From: Stegostoma tigrinum
Taxonomy: Eukaryota
DNA length: 64,000 nt
Assembly (NCBI RefSeq): GCF_030684315.1
Contig: NC_081363.1
Coordinates: 47,443,540 to 47,507,539 of the forward strand
Reading direction: 5' to 3'
Shown: in pieces, positions 50,551 to 62,905 of the stretch
Numbering within the stretch: the first letter of the stretch is position 1
How the letters are laid out: the number at the start of each line of letters is the position of its first letter
Notes under the pieces: model-generated
The model's input: only the letters and a program-made list of their open reading frames with translations
The model's database searches: none
What the model was told of the DNA's origin: nothing
Position numbers and translations under genes: made by a program

Positions 50551-53500
50551 AAATGGAACAAGGATCAAACATTTGCATACTAGCAGTTTCTGACTGTTAT
50601 TGGCAAATTCCCCTAGATCTAGTTCACAGGCATATTATAAAATATAAACACTTAGTCTTGTATCCTGCATTTGAAAGGATTTTTAAAAACTATTTTATGG
50701 GAGTGAGCATCACTGGCAAGTCCAAAATTAGTTGCTCACTCTTAATTCCCCTTAAGGTGGTCACAGAAAAAGACACTTTCTTGATGTGTTCCTGTCCATT
50801 TGGTGTAGGTCATTAGGAGTACCAGGACTTTGATCAAGTAACAGTGGAAAAAATAGTAACGTAGTTCCAAATCAAGATGATATATGCCTTGAAGGGGAAT
50901 TTTCAGGCAGTGTAATTTTTTTGCAACTGCTGCTTTTGTCTCTGTAGTTGATAGGTGTCACAGGTTGGATGTAGCATAAATAGATTCCTGAGGAGTTTCA
51001 GCAGTGCACCTTGTTTATAAGCATACATTGCTGCCCCTATGTATCAGTGGTGAAGGAAATGAATGGTGAATGGGATGCTGATCAAGCCAGTTCATTGGTT
51101 GAGTTTCTTGTCATCATTAGAACTGCATTCATTTAGGCAAATGGAGAGTATCCCATTTGCCACCCATTTCTACCTTGTAGATGGTAGATTGGATCTGAGG
51201 GAGTCAAGAGGCAAGTTGTACTTTACAAACTCCCAGCTTTTAAGCTGTTGTTGTAAACTTAGATTTTATATCATAGAGTCCTGCAGCACAAAGCAGGCCT
51301 TTCGGCCCAAGCAAGTCTGTGCTGACTGGAATGTCCATCCACGCCAACCGCATTTCCCTGCACTTGACCCATATCCTTCTGAGCCTTTCCTATCCATGTA
51401 TTTGTCCAAATGCTTTTTAAATGTTGTTCATGTATCTGCCTCAACCACTTATGGTCTTATGCTGGCAGCTCATTCCGTATGCATATGATCCTCAGATTTC
51501 CATGTATTTTTCCCCTTCTTATCCTGAACTTTTGTGCTCTAGTCTTTGATTTCCCCAACCCTGGGAAAAATACTGAGTACATTCATCTAGTCCATGCCTC
51601 TCATGATCTTGTACACTTCTATAAAGTCCTCCCTCAGTCTCCTATGATGTAAAGAGAAATGTCCAGGCTGGTCCAACCTCTTCCCTATAACTCAGTCGCT
51701 TGAGTCCTGGCAATGCCCTTATAAACTTCTTCAGCACTCTTTCTAGTTTAATAACATCCTTCCTGTAGCAAGGTGACTAAAACGGTGCACAATACTCCAA
51801 GTCTGGCCCTCCCAACATCCTGTGCACCTGCAACATAACTTCCCAACTCCTGTCCTCAGTGCCTCCTGACTGATGAAGGTCAGTGTGCCAAAAGCCTTTT
51901 TCACTGCCTTGCCTACCTGTGGCTCCACTTTCAGAGGATCATGCACCTGAACTCCAAGGTCCCTATGTTCCATTACACTCGTTAAGGCCCTACCATTCAC
52001 CATGAAATTCCTACCTTGATCTGACTTTCCAAAATGCAACACCTCTTACTTATCAATTATTAAACTCCATTTACCATTTCTTAGCCTAATTCCCCAGCTG
52101 ATCAAGATCCTGCTGCAATTTCTGATAACTTTCCTCACTGTCCATGAAACTGCCTTTGTTCGTGGCATCTGCAAACTTACTAATCATGCCTTGTACATTC
52201 TCATCCAAATCATTGATACAGATAACAGCAATGTGCCCAGCATTGACCCCAAGGCATACCACTAGTCACAGACCTGCAGTCTGACAAGCATCCTTCCACT
52301 ATTACCCTTTGCTTCCTACTATCAAGCCAATTATGTACCCAATTTGCCAGTCCTCCCTGGGTTCCATGATTTATAACCTTTCAGAGCAGCTGACATGTGG
52401 AACCTTATCAAAGGCCTTACTGAAATCTACGTACTGCCCTGTTCTCAACAACCTTACTGGTCACTTCAAAGAACTTCTAACAAATTTGTGAGGCATGATC
52501 TCCCACACAGGAAGCCATGCTGACGACTACTAATCAAACCCTGTCTTTCTAAATGCATGTATATCTTAACCCTTAGAATCTTCTCAAGTAACTTACCTAC
52601 CACAGATGTTAAGCTTATCGATCTATAATTCACAGGTTTTTCTTTGCAGCCCATCTTGAATAAGGGCACCACATTCACTACCCTCCAGTCTTCCAGGACC
52701 TCACTCGTGGCTAATGACGCTGCAAATATATCAATCAGCCAGGGCCCCTGCAATTTCTTCTCTAGCTTCATGCAGGGTTCTTGGATATAACTTATCCGGA
52801 CCAGGAGATGCCCTGTAGTTCTAGAACCCCCAACCAATGGAAATAATTTATCTTTATCTACCCCATCTTTTCATGTTAGTATCTTGAAGACTTTGACCAG
52901 ATCACTCTGTAACCTTCTAAATTCTATAGAATACAGGGCTAATTTATGTCATAGCTTAACCCCTTAGGTTTACAAGAATTATACCTGAACTTAAGTTGTA
53001 CTTCCTCCGAGGCCCTTATATCCACTCTAACGTGTGGTTCTGAGATCTGCCCAATATTCCAAATGGGGTCTAACTAGGGTTTTGTATAACCATGCAGCAT
53101 AACTTTGATATCCATGTACTCCCATCTCTCGATGCAAAAGCCATAATTCTATTAATTTTTTAATTTATTTTCTGCATCTGTCTGTGACATTTTTAAGATC
53201 TATATACCTGAAACCCCAAGTCTCCTTGGATGTCCACAGAAATTAACTTCATACCATCAACAACGTACCCTGACCAATCCTTTCTTGGCCCAAAATGGAT
53301 AGTTTCAGACTTGCTTATGTTGAACTCCATCTGCCAGTTTGCCCATTCACTGAGTCCATCAATATGCCTTTTTTACTTTGTTATCATCTATACCATCAAC
53401 AATACTACTTTGTGCCATCAGCAAATTTGGATATATGACTTTCGACAGGTTATCCAAATCATCAATAAATAACATGAATTATTGAGACCCTAACACAGAT

Positions 53501-53708
53501 CTTTTGGGACAACACTGGTCACATTCCGCCAGTTTGACCACTTGCCCATGATCCCTACTTTCTGTCACTTGCGACTGAAACAATTTCCCAGCCAAACAAG
53601 TAATTTGCTATCAATCCCGTGGGCTTCTACTTTACTTAACAGTCTTGTATATGGAACTTTATCAAATGCCTCCTGGAAGTCCACATAAACAATATAGATA
53701 GACATTCC

Positions 53709-53942
53709 ATAAAAACTGAAAGAACTGCGGATGCTGTAAATCAGGAACAAAAACAGAAGTTGCTGGAAAAGCTCAGCAAGTCTGGCAGCATCTGTGAAGA
53801 AAAAGTCAGAGTTAACATTTCAGGTCTGGTGACCAGTTCTGAGGAAGGGTCACTGGACCCGAAATGTTAACTCTGATTTTTTTTTTCTTCACCAATGCTG
53901 CCAGGCCTGCTGAGCGTTTCCAGCAACTTCTGTTTTAGATCC
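53709..53942. mobile_element. Palindromic Penelope-like element (family C) with 11-bp TSD
   Basis: Inverted arms of about 95 bp; ATAGACATTCC at 53698-53708 and 53943-53953. Confidence 0.8.
53835..53872 (+). ncRNA. Minimal type I hammerhead ribozyme-like motif
   Basis: AGUU-CUGAGGA-A-GGGUC-ACUG-GACCC-GAAA-UG-UU-AACU: 4-bp stem I, 5-bp stem II, intact core, vestigial stem III. Activity is not demonstrated. Confidence 0.6.
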
Positions 53943-54374
53943 ATAGACATTCCCTGTCCACTAACTTAGTGAACCTTTTGGTGGCTACCAATAAATCTGA
54001 AGATAAACAAAGAAGAGGGACAAAAGAAAGGAAGGGTCACTGGACCGGAAACATTAACTTTGATTTCTCTGCACAGATGCTGCCAGACCGGCTGAACTTT
54101 TCCAGCAACTTCTGTTTTTCGTTCCTAATTCACTGTTCTTTCTGTTTTTATAAAGGAAGTTAGATTTTTGGAGTTTATTCTTGCAAACCAGATCAAGGTA
54201 ATCAGCCTTGGCACGTAAATGGATCAGTGCTGAAAATGTCTTTGCTGATGGGGGCTTATGAGGCTGAAGTGAGGCTAATTGCAATGAGGGGTATGCAAAT
54301 AATGTTGAACTCCTAATAAGTATATAAAGGTGGCTCCAGTTTTATCCTTCTTCAACTGGGTTTCTGGAGGAGAA

Positions 54375-54468
54375 TCCAAGATAACAAGGTGTAGAGCTGG
54401 ATGAACACAGCAGGCCAGGCAGCATCAGACGATCAGGAAAGCTGGTGTTATGGCCCTCGACCCTACTA
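54375..54468. mobile_element. Penelope-like fragment with 14-bp TSD
   Basis: TTTCTGGAGGAGAA at 54361-54374 and 54469-54482. Confidence 0.75.
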
Positions 54469-54957
54469 TTTCTGGAGGAGAACACATTATTGTGGCTTGC
54501 AATGCCATTTGCACCCTTGACATTGTGTTGCTGTTTTCTTGTAAGATTTAAGATGTACATTTATCACTGTAAATGCACCCTTATATAACAAATGCAAGAT
54601 GATATTGTCTTGTATTGTTAATTAGCATGGCATTTTAATTGAGTAGCAGGTTTCCCAAACATGGCAATTTACTGTTTCAAATAGATTGGTTTTTTTTTAA
54701 GCTTTCCCTAGCTTAACTTGGTACATACATGATGTATTTGCTCCTAAGCCATTACAGGAAGATTCCAGAAACTGACTCGTCCAAGGCTCTTTTCAACACT
54801 CTGCTGCCCACATGGGAAAGCTCAGTAGCTATTATAACCTGGAGAGGCTAGCATGCTCTTTACAATTTTTTTTGTACATGTAATTTAGACTTTCTCATCT
54901 CTTCCTGACCTGAATGCTGGTATCTTGTTCTTAAATCAGTAATTCATTTATAGTATT

Positions 54958-55081
54958 CAGAAATAATGGGAACTGCAGATGCTGGAGAATCAGTGTGGAT
55001 CTGGATGAACACAGCAGGCCAAGTAGCATCTTAGGAGCTTGGCCTGCTGTGTTCATCCAGCTCTATACTTTGTTATCTCAG
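54958..55081. mobile_element. Internally deleted palindromic Penelope-like element with 16-bp TSD
   Basis: ATTCATTTATAGTATT at 54942-54957 and 55082-55097. Confidence 0.8.
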
Positions 55082-55589
55082 ATTCATTTATAGTATTGTT
55101 CTTTTTCAGCCATGTTGATACATTCTGCTTTTATTTTTCTCACATGAATTTACAGTTACTTTGCCTTCACTTTACATGCAAAGATATTGTGCTGTATCAC
55201 ACTTACCGCGGCATACAGAACACAACCTTGAGAGGGTGGTGCTCCAGCTGGTCCAGTAAGATATCCGTTTTAGCCAAACGCCCAGAAATACTGGATGTGT
55301 TCTGAATTTTAAAACTGGCCAAATTCTGTTATTTTACAGCTGCTGACATTACAAAAAACATTTATGTAGATAGATTTAGTTAAATAAAATTCAAGTCTGC
55401 CTTACAATTAAATCTTATTTATCAAAGCTTCTGAAGCATTCAGAATACTTAAGGAAAACTAAATCATGCTTTGACAGGACACACGTAATATGTATTTTTT
55501 TCTGGGCATCGGTTAGAAAAGTCACCGTATCCCTACTAAACCATGGCTGCAGCTTCTTAGACTGGTCTTCTGGTGTTTAACCAGTCCAC

Positions 55590-56350
55590 AGTACCATGAC
55601 CACACCGCAGGCACAACGACCATTCCGCCTCTCTCTTTGTGGGGTTGACGAGCCCTGGGTCACGTGCCGAGACACCGCGTGCTGGGAACCGATAGGCCGC
55701 GCTCTTCTGAGCGGCGGCGGACAGAGCACGGCACCCGGGCCTGCTGCCTTCTGAATCTCGACCGCTCGGCAGTTGGGGAGCGGGAAGGACAGCAGACAAA
55801 TTAATCGCTGCGGAAACTTCAGCTTCGGTTACGACTGGAAACGACGTCTGGCTGCGTGCGCGGCGAGCCCTTAGCAACGAAGCAGCCAGCCAGCCCACCC
55901 TCCCTCGGCAGAGGGGCGGGGCACAGGGCGCTGCGGCAGAGCCGGTAAACGTGTGGGTTTGTTGGGTGGGAGCTGGGTGCTGAGGGGCGGGGCGGCACCC
56001 GAAGCCCCGCCCGGTCTGTAATCGGAGGGGGGTGGGGTGGGAGTTGGGGAATGGCCTCCTCCGCCCCCGCCCCCGCTATTCCTGGCCCTCCCATGACGTA
56101 ATGCTGAATGTTAATAACTCACCGGGAGGGGGAAGGGCACTACTGGCCTAAAAATAAACTCAACTTTGTGGACACTGCCGCCGCTGATACAGCTATCACG
56201 GCCCCAGGGAGCGGCACTAACTGAAGCACCACCATTACACTTCCCCCCCCCTGAGCGGAGGCTGCAGTTAGCGGCAGGTCGGTGTGTAAAGCTCCTGAGC
56301 CCCTGGAAAGTGCGTCGGCCGCTGCAGCTGAAACGGGGAGGAGTCTGAGT
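55590..56350 (+). promoter_or_regulatory. SAMD4A: SAMD4A CpG island promoter / probable non-coding first exon(s)
   Basis: High GC and CpG content, E-box GTCACGTG at 55659-55666, several GGGGCGGG boxes, TGACGTAA at 56094-56101, about 1 kb upstream of the coding-exon acceptor. Confidence 0.75.
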
Positions 56351-57200
56351 CATATTTATTAATAATCTTCACACATGCTGTGCCTTTCATGTTATTTTTA
56401 GCCGGTTTCAGGATTCGCTTTCTGTTTTGATGATAACAAATGTTTATTGGGGGCGGGTGAGATTAATGTTTGGGATTTAAATTTTTTTTGAAAAGGGGAA
56501 ATAACCGATGCTTTACGTATTCGGCTTTTAAAACCCTGCCAATACCACAGGCCGATGGAGCTAACTTTTCTATAGTTTTTATTCGCTATATTTTTTTAAC
56601 ATCCCAATTTTAAGCTTGGCCTGTTTTTTTTGTGGAGGAAATTGTTCCAGTTCTCCTGAGATAGACAGATGCCTGTGGAGTTACTGTGAGTTTCCGCAGT
56701 GTTGAACGGGGCAGGGCAGCGTTCATACCAACGTGGTTAAAGGTCCATCCTGCGGGTTCATTCTTTTAGACTGACATGGAAAATCCCAGTCAAGGCGATG
56801 GCTGCAGACGGTCGCGTATTTGAGGTTTGGGTGGATAGTTTATTTTAGTCTCAGTCGTTCCGCATTGGGTCTAAACCCAGAGGAATTGCGTTGCTCTGCA
56901 TTGCTTTTGGAAACGTTTAAACATCGTCTGCTGGCTGACTAGCGGCTCTTCCAGTTTCTTGAATAATGAGTTGCTTCAAAGCATATTATTTTATCATTTC
57001 GGAACCATTTGTGGACTGTTTGAGTGCTTTGAATGCTTAATTATAAACCTAAAAGAGTTGCTGCATTATAATTTGCAATGAATGACTAGTTGCTGCAGGC
57101 AGAGGGAGGGGAAAGCAGATCCATCGCTTCAACGTAAAGTTTGGACTATTAGTCAATGACAGTAATTTCAACGGCCGTTTTCTTTTGGTTTCCTTTCCAG

Positions 57201-57532
57201 TTTTGACCACGTATGGGAATGCGGGCGTTGAGGATTAATATTGATATCGTGGCGAGAGAAGATCTAAAATTCCAGCTCTGTTAATTCTGACAGGTGATAT
57301 ACTTGTTGTGCCTATTACATTTTTGGCCCACTGTTGATTGCCTTAGAGGAAGAGGGAGCGTGTCAACAGTGACGTTATTCTACAGAAAAGGAAAGAAAAA
57401 AATCGCAACTCGATCCACACAAAATGTGACAACCCCTCCTCTACATGCATGTGAGCTTGATTTTTTTGGGTGCCTTGCATCGAAGAATCCCAACGATATA
57501 AACTCGCCTGGCGCTGAGGCTGTTCCTTAATC
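57201..57532 (+). other. SAMD4A: 5' UTR part of the first SAMD4A coding exon
   Basis: Strong acceptor ttcttttggtttcctttccag ending at 57200. The exon boundary is inferred. Confidence 0.6.
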
Positions 57533-57728
57533 ATGATGTTTCGAGATCAAGTCGGCGTTCTTGCAGGATGGTTTAAAGGGTGGAATGAATGTGAACAAAC
57601 TGTAGCTTTGTTGTCTCTATTGAAACGAGTGAGCCGGACACAGGCTCGTTTCCTTCAGATTTGCCTAGAGCATTCTTTGTCCGATTGCACCGAGCTTCAT
57701 ATTCTCGAGGGAGAGGCAAATGATCCCG
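57533..57728 (+). CDS. SAMD4A: Protein Smaug homolog 1, first coding exon (196 nt; gene continues beyond window)
   Basis: [65 protein letters not shown](G), GTAAGT donor. GVLAG, RVS, ELH and PG residues plus CGRRF1 synteny favour SAMD4A over SAMD4B. Confidence 0.95.
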
Positions 57729-60700
57729 GTAAGTTTCATGTAACTAATAATTTTTACGCTGTTTATTCAAACTCATTTCCGAGACTGATGCGAAATTGTT
57801 CCAATTTAATAATTTAGTTCAAAATACACATGTATTTGGTAACATTTTAAATTTGACAATTGGTGTATTTCATTGCTGTGTGGAAGGAACATCACACCAA
57901 CGTAAGGAGTAAAACGCTTTGATGCATCTTGTTCTGCAATTTCCTGTACAATAACCCAGTCATGTCACGTAGAGTCTGGGTATCCTGTGCTTTCTGGACA
58001 ACGTGGCTTGGTCTCTTTTCCGATCATTTCGCTACACGTAGCTTCCTATTTCAGCGATAAAAATATCGATCGCAGTAACTGAAGATACCTTTTTTCAGTC
58101 TGCTTACGAATACCGCAATTCAATATCTATTTACACTCAAACCAAAAGGTTTGACATTTATATTGTCATGGGCACTGTAATCCGATTTTAGGAAAATAAC
58201 CTAATTTTCTCCTCTGAGTACGCAGAAGTGAAGGCCAAAAGTCTGAGACGATTTGTGTATTAGAAATAAAATGTAAATAGGACCTTTTGTAAAACTTGGA
58301 GAATGTAGCATGCAGTCGCCGTTTACGGAGAGGCACATCGTCATATTTGTGCTGAAGCTAAGGTTGACATAATATGTGAACATATTTGTACTGTACTGTT
58401 TCACCCTGGCCTATGCAGCAGACAGAATGTGGTCGGATTGACGGGAATATTCGAGTGTGGAAGAATTCCGCACAAATAGTTACTTAAAAATGACACAGTT
58501 GCAGCACCAGATAAAATCATGTATATCTGCACTTTTCCTTCGTAGGAATACAAAGGGTGTATTGGGGAGAAGTAATAGAAGTCAGTGTGTTCACTGGTGG
58601 AATTCTTTAGGCTTGATTGCAGTAGGATACTGAACAGAGCCCTTAGTGTTTACTCAGAGAAAAGAATGCACAGTCCTCTTCCAGCTGTTCCATATTAGAG
58701 CACGGAGCCTGCAAGACTTGGCAGCTGTCTGTACTGCCATTTGCTGACAGCCTCCAGTACTGTGCTCTGCTGTTAGGATATTCATGCATGGTTTCAGCAA
58801 GGAGAAAACTATTCTAGTCCATGAATCTGAGCTCATGTTGGGGGATGGGAATTTAAATATTTGAATGTACTGTTTGATTTAGGCACAAAAAAATGGTTAT
58901 ACTTAGTTTCAAAAATAATACTAACAAGACTGCATTGGTACAGTGCAAGTTGGGTGTGGAGTCAGAAGAAATACATATGTGGTGTATGGAATGGGTGGGA
59001 GAAGATTGATATTAATAAGAACATTCAGTGAAGTATCGACTCTGAATTTTTTTTTGAAACTATAATATCAGTTTTGAAACTTAAAAGACAAATGCCTTGC
59101 TTCAAGCACACATCCTTATTGGAAGTTGCATTAGCTGGCAACAGCTTGTTGACTCATGGATTCTTTTCCACGGATCATCTTTTTACAATCTGCACTAGGA
59201 AAGGGAAACACCACCATGGAAGGTTACACTTTTTTAACGTTCCATACTACTTTCTTGTATTCATTGTGTATTGCAGGATGATAATTCATAAGGAATAGGT
59301 GCTGTTTTGTGTCAAGTCAAACATGTACGTCGTTTATAATTGCATTTCCTATCCCAAATCTCAGCGATTGTATTCCATGTTATCATGGTTTTTGACTACA
59401 ATGGTGCTTAGTTCTGTGAATTGATTTTAAATTAGAATTAGGAAATAAACTAGGAAACCTTTTTTGTGCAAATTTGAAAATCAATAATTACGCCTATAAA
59501 CAGATTCTTTCAAAATGCCAACCTGTTGAGCTGTGTATAAAGCTATTTAAAGAATATAATTTATGTACCGTAATGTGGTTAGTACTTGGAAAAGTAACTA
59601 CAAATAAACATTGGCTGAAATAGTAATTGATGGTCTTAAGCAGCTAGGAAAAGTGTTTACTTCAAAATGAACTTGTAATATTTAAAGTAGCATAGTTCCT
59701 TGACTTTAAACTTCTCTAAACAATCTTAAGTCTGGAAAAATAAGTTTCCAAATCTAAAAGTGAATAAATGTGATTGCATAGTAGAAACTGTGGCATTCCT
59801 TCCTCACCTTGGGGCTAATTTGGAAATAGGATGTAAGCTCTTTTTGATTATGGATAATTTGGACCCTCGCTTCATTGCCATTTTTTAACATATCCTTTTG
59901 TACCAAGATACGTGGCCTTTTGGGAGGGAGAGTGTTTCATGTTAATATTGCACTTTGTGGGAGAGAAAAGTGGCCTAACTCTAGTTTGCCCATGTTCTGG
60001 ATTCCTCCATTAAAGGAAATAGCTTCTCCAGATTTGACAGGGTAAATACACTTTTATTCATTTAAACACTGATTTCATCAACTCTCAGTCTTCAAAACTC
60101 AAGGGGGTAAAACAGGTTTAGGTAACATGTCTTCTATAATTCTTTAATACTAGAGCTTATTCTGGCAATTGGTGTCTTGCCCTTTTTCAGAAACCAACAT
60201 ATCCTGATGTTCCGTTCCCAAAACTGATGCTGTGCATTATTTCAGAAATGATTAAAGGCTTTCTACAAAAGAAACATTATTACTTTATCTCGAAGGAATT
60301 GGCAATGTAAAATTCAGAATTCTATTATTAAGTTTCTTTTATTACTGTATGCATATGTGCACTTGGCTGTTTGAATAGAATTCTCACCACACCAGCTCTC
60401 CTGTTCAGACCCCTTTTATCTTTCATAGAGTAGATTGTTCTGAGAGGCAGTGAGGCTTATACAACTGAGGAGAAATCACAACCTAGAACTTTAGCCATAA
60501 CGTGCTGTTTGGTCTTCTAAGCTTTGTTTGAATTCTAATCTGGATTTTTCTCGTTTTGAGATTTTATTCAAAATAGGGACGCTATAGTGTAATGGGGCGT
60601 ACTCGCTTTTCTGTCTTGATAGCATGAAGGTTAAAAAAAATTGTACGAGCCCAATGGCGACCATGTAACCAATGTCAATTGTCTTAAAAACCCAGCGAGT

Positions 60701-62329
60701 TCAATCATGTCCATCAGGAAAGAAAACTGCCATCTTTACCTGGTCTTGCCCACACTTGATAGTCTCTGGATCTTTAAGGATGGCTAGGAAGTGCTGGCCA
60801 GGTCAGCGATGTTTATAGAATTTAGACAATGTAAAATAAAATGTCAGAAACATGGTTGGTGGTCCAAGTTATTGGAGAGAATGGTAGGCAAGTGGCAGAG
60901 GTATTGTCATGTGTAACGGACCAGGGAATAGTTAATTGCCAGATTGTGTGTTTAAATTTAAACACACAGCTTAACTCTGCATATGTTGAGGAGCTAATCC
61001 ATGGGGAATATTGCAGTGACTACTATTACAATGAACATACTATCAAAGTTTAAATTTGCAATGCAAAAGGTAGTAATTGCTTGTGTAAAATATTCAAGTT
61101 TTTCTAGCTTTGTGAATATGACAGAAAAGAATTACCTGTGACCTTTGTCGGTAATGTTTAGCATGATGGAACTTTGCCTGTAGGTGTACATGTCAGTTAT
61201 TTTGGGGAACATATCTTTAGTCATATCTATTTTAAATACTGTGGTATCTAAGATATTAATGCTTTCTTTAGGTGTTGTGACTTTAATGGTGTTGATTTTA
61301 ATTTTTTTTTTGGGCAGGGCTTGACAAAAACATTACCTGCATGTGTTGACAGACAATGTTACTACATAACAATGTCACACAATTTTAAAAAATAAAGTAA
61401 GAATGAAAAAGCAACCCCTGAATTCAGGGAAAAAGAAGCACTTGAGGACCCTTCTAAAACTTAAAAAAAGCCTTGCTTTATCGTGACAACACAAGTGGTG
61501 TTCTCCACTAATGGGATGCTGCAATCAAGGTAAAAAAGATGTTTTCCCTGCCACACAATACATTATATGGCAAATCAGTTTCAGTGGCAGTTTGATGCAA
61601 TGTACATAGGCTGTACATGTTAACAATTGATGGATTACATTAAACAGCAAATCCCTTCTTGTTGCTTACCAGGTAGAGTACTAACCATGCTCAACAAATC
61701 CTTGCTAAATTCAGAATTTAGAGCTTAATTTTACCAAAACTTGGCTAGGTGTCTGTTTCTCAGTGTCATGGCGGGTTTCACTCTGAATCTAGCAAGTTAT
61801 CCCACGCAATTCTCTGCTGTTCGTTTCATTTATATGTGCCCTGTGTTTTTACAGTGCTGTGCTCACACTCTTGTACACTTGCCAGCAGTGGAAGAAGTAC
61901 TTGCCACTTTTAGACTTTTGCCCATCCATGCATCAGGTCAAATGCTGCCAGCCACAAATGGCTCACCACGGAAATGAGTGGCCATTTGATGACATCACCT
62001 ATCTGAACAACTGTCATTTGTGACTGCAGTGGCAATCCATCATTAGTACCATATCATGTTAGAATCCTGTCAGATAGAGACAACTCTTAATGCAGATTGA
62101 AGAACGACAAGGTGTTGTGCTGCAATGTGGGAGCACTATGTGTTGTAAAGTCATCAGTTATGTTAATGTTTGCACTTGCCGTTGTTGAATAATAATTCAG
62201 GAACGACAAACAAAAAAAAACTAATTTTTGGTTTTGGGACAAAACAGTCAGATCTTCTTGTTTAAAAGACTTTGATAAACAACAGTACTTTGGGAGCAGT
62301 TTAATTTAGTTACTCAAATGCAAAACACT

Positions 62330-62525
62330 TTGGATGCTGGAAATCTGAAATGAAAACCAAGTGCTGGAGAAACTCAGCAGGTCTGGCAGCAGCTGTGATG
62401 AGACACGATTGTTGTTTTGAATCAGTTCTGATGAATCCTATTGAACTCTATGTTAACTTTGTTTCTGTCTCAACGCTTGCTGCCAGACCTGCTGAGTCTG
62501 TTCAGCACTTTCTGTTCTTGTTTGT
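62330..62525. mobile_element. Palindromic Penelope-like element (family C, degenerate)
   Basis: Inverted arms aagtgctggagaaactcagcaggtctggcagc / gctgccagacctgctgagtctgttcagcactt, with a central agttCTGATGA...gttaact. Confidence 0.7.
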
Positions 62526-62905
62526 TCATTGTTAAACTATTCAGTCTGGTGTTTTACTTGGACTGACATTAATGTATTTATTCAATCTCTTCAATTTTTT
62601 AATCTTTTGTATACACAATCTAAAGAACTGTACATGAACTAACCTTGCAAATACTACAGACTAGTGGTAGACTATTTTAAAAGATGTGCAAGTATTGAAA
62701 GTATTATGGTGGCGCACTGTGAAAGTATCAACCAATTAATAGCACACTGAATCAGCATGGTTCAACCCCATTCCATGGCTTAAATATGTCAGTTTTCTTT
62801 TAAACAGTTCACTACTGAGAGTGCACCTATGTTGAAAGAACTGCTGTTTGAGATATAGTTTGAGTGATCACAGAATTGATTCGAAAAAGCCTGAAATGTA
62901 GAAGA

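Larger units (their letters stand above)
51265..53990 (-). mobile_element. Two adjacent CR1-like LINE remnants (about 51265-52810 and 52810-53990)
   Basis: NVVPLFK..NYRSISLTSVVGKLLE, QHGFLCGRSCLTNLLE, LHFGKSDQG and VDFQEAFDKVPY motifs. Confidence 0.85.

Noticed and set aside
55557-56353. Several 60-113 aa ORFs
   Set aside because: Stop-poor CpG island sequence produces these low-complexity translations.
57729-57817. C-terminal part of the 94-aa SAMD4A ORF
   Set aside because: This is read-through past the consensus GTAAGT donor at 57729, where homology ends.
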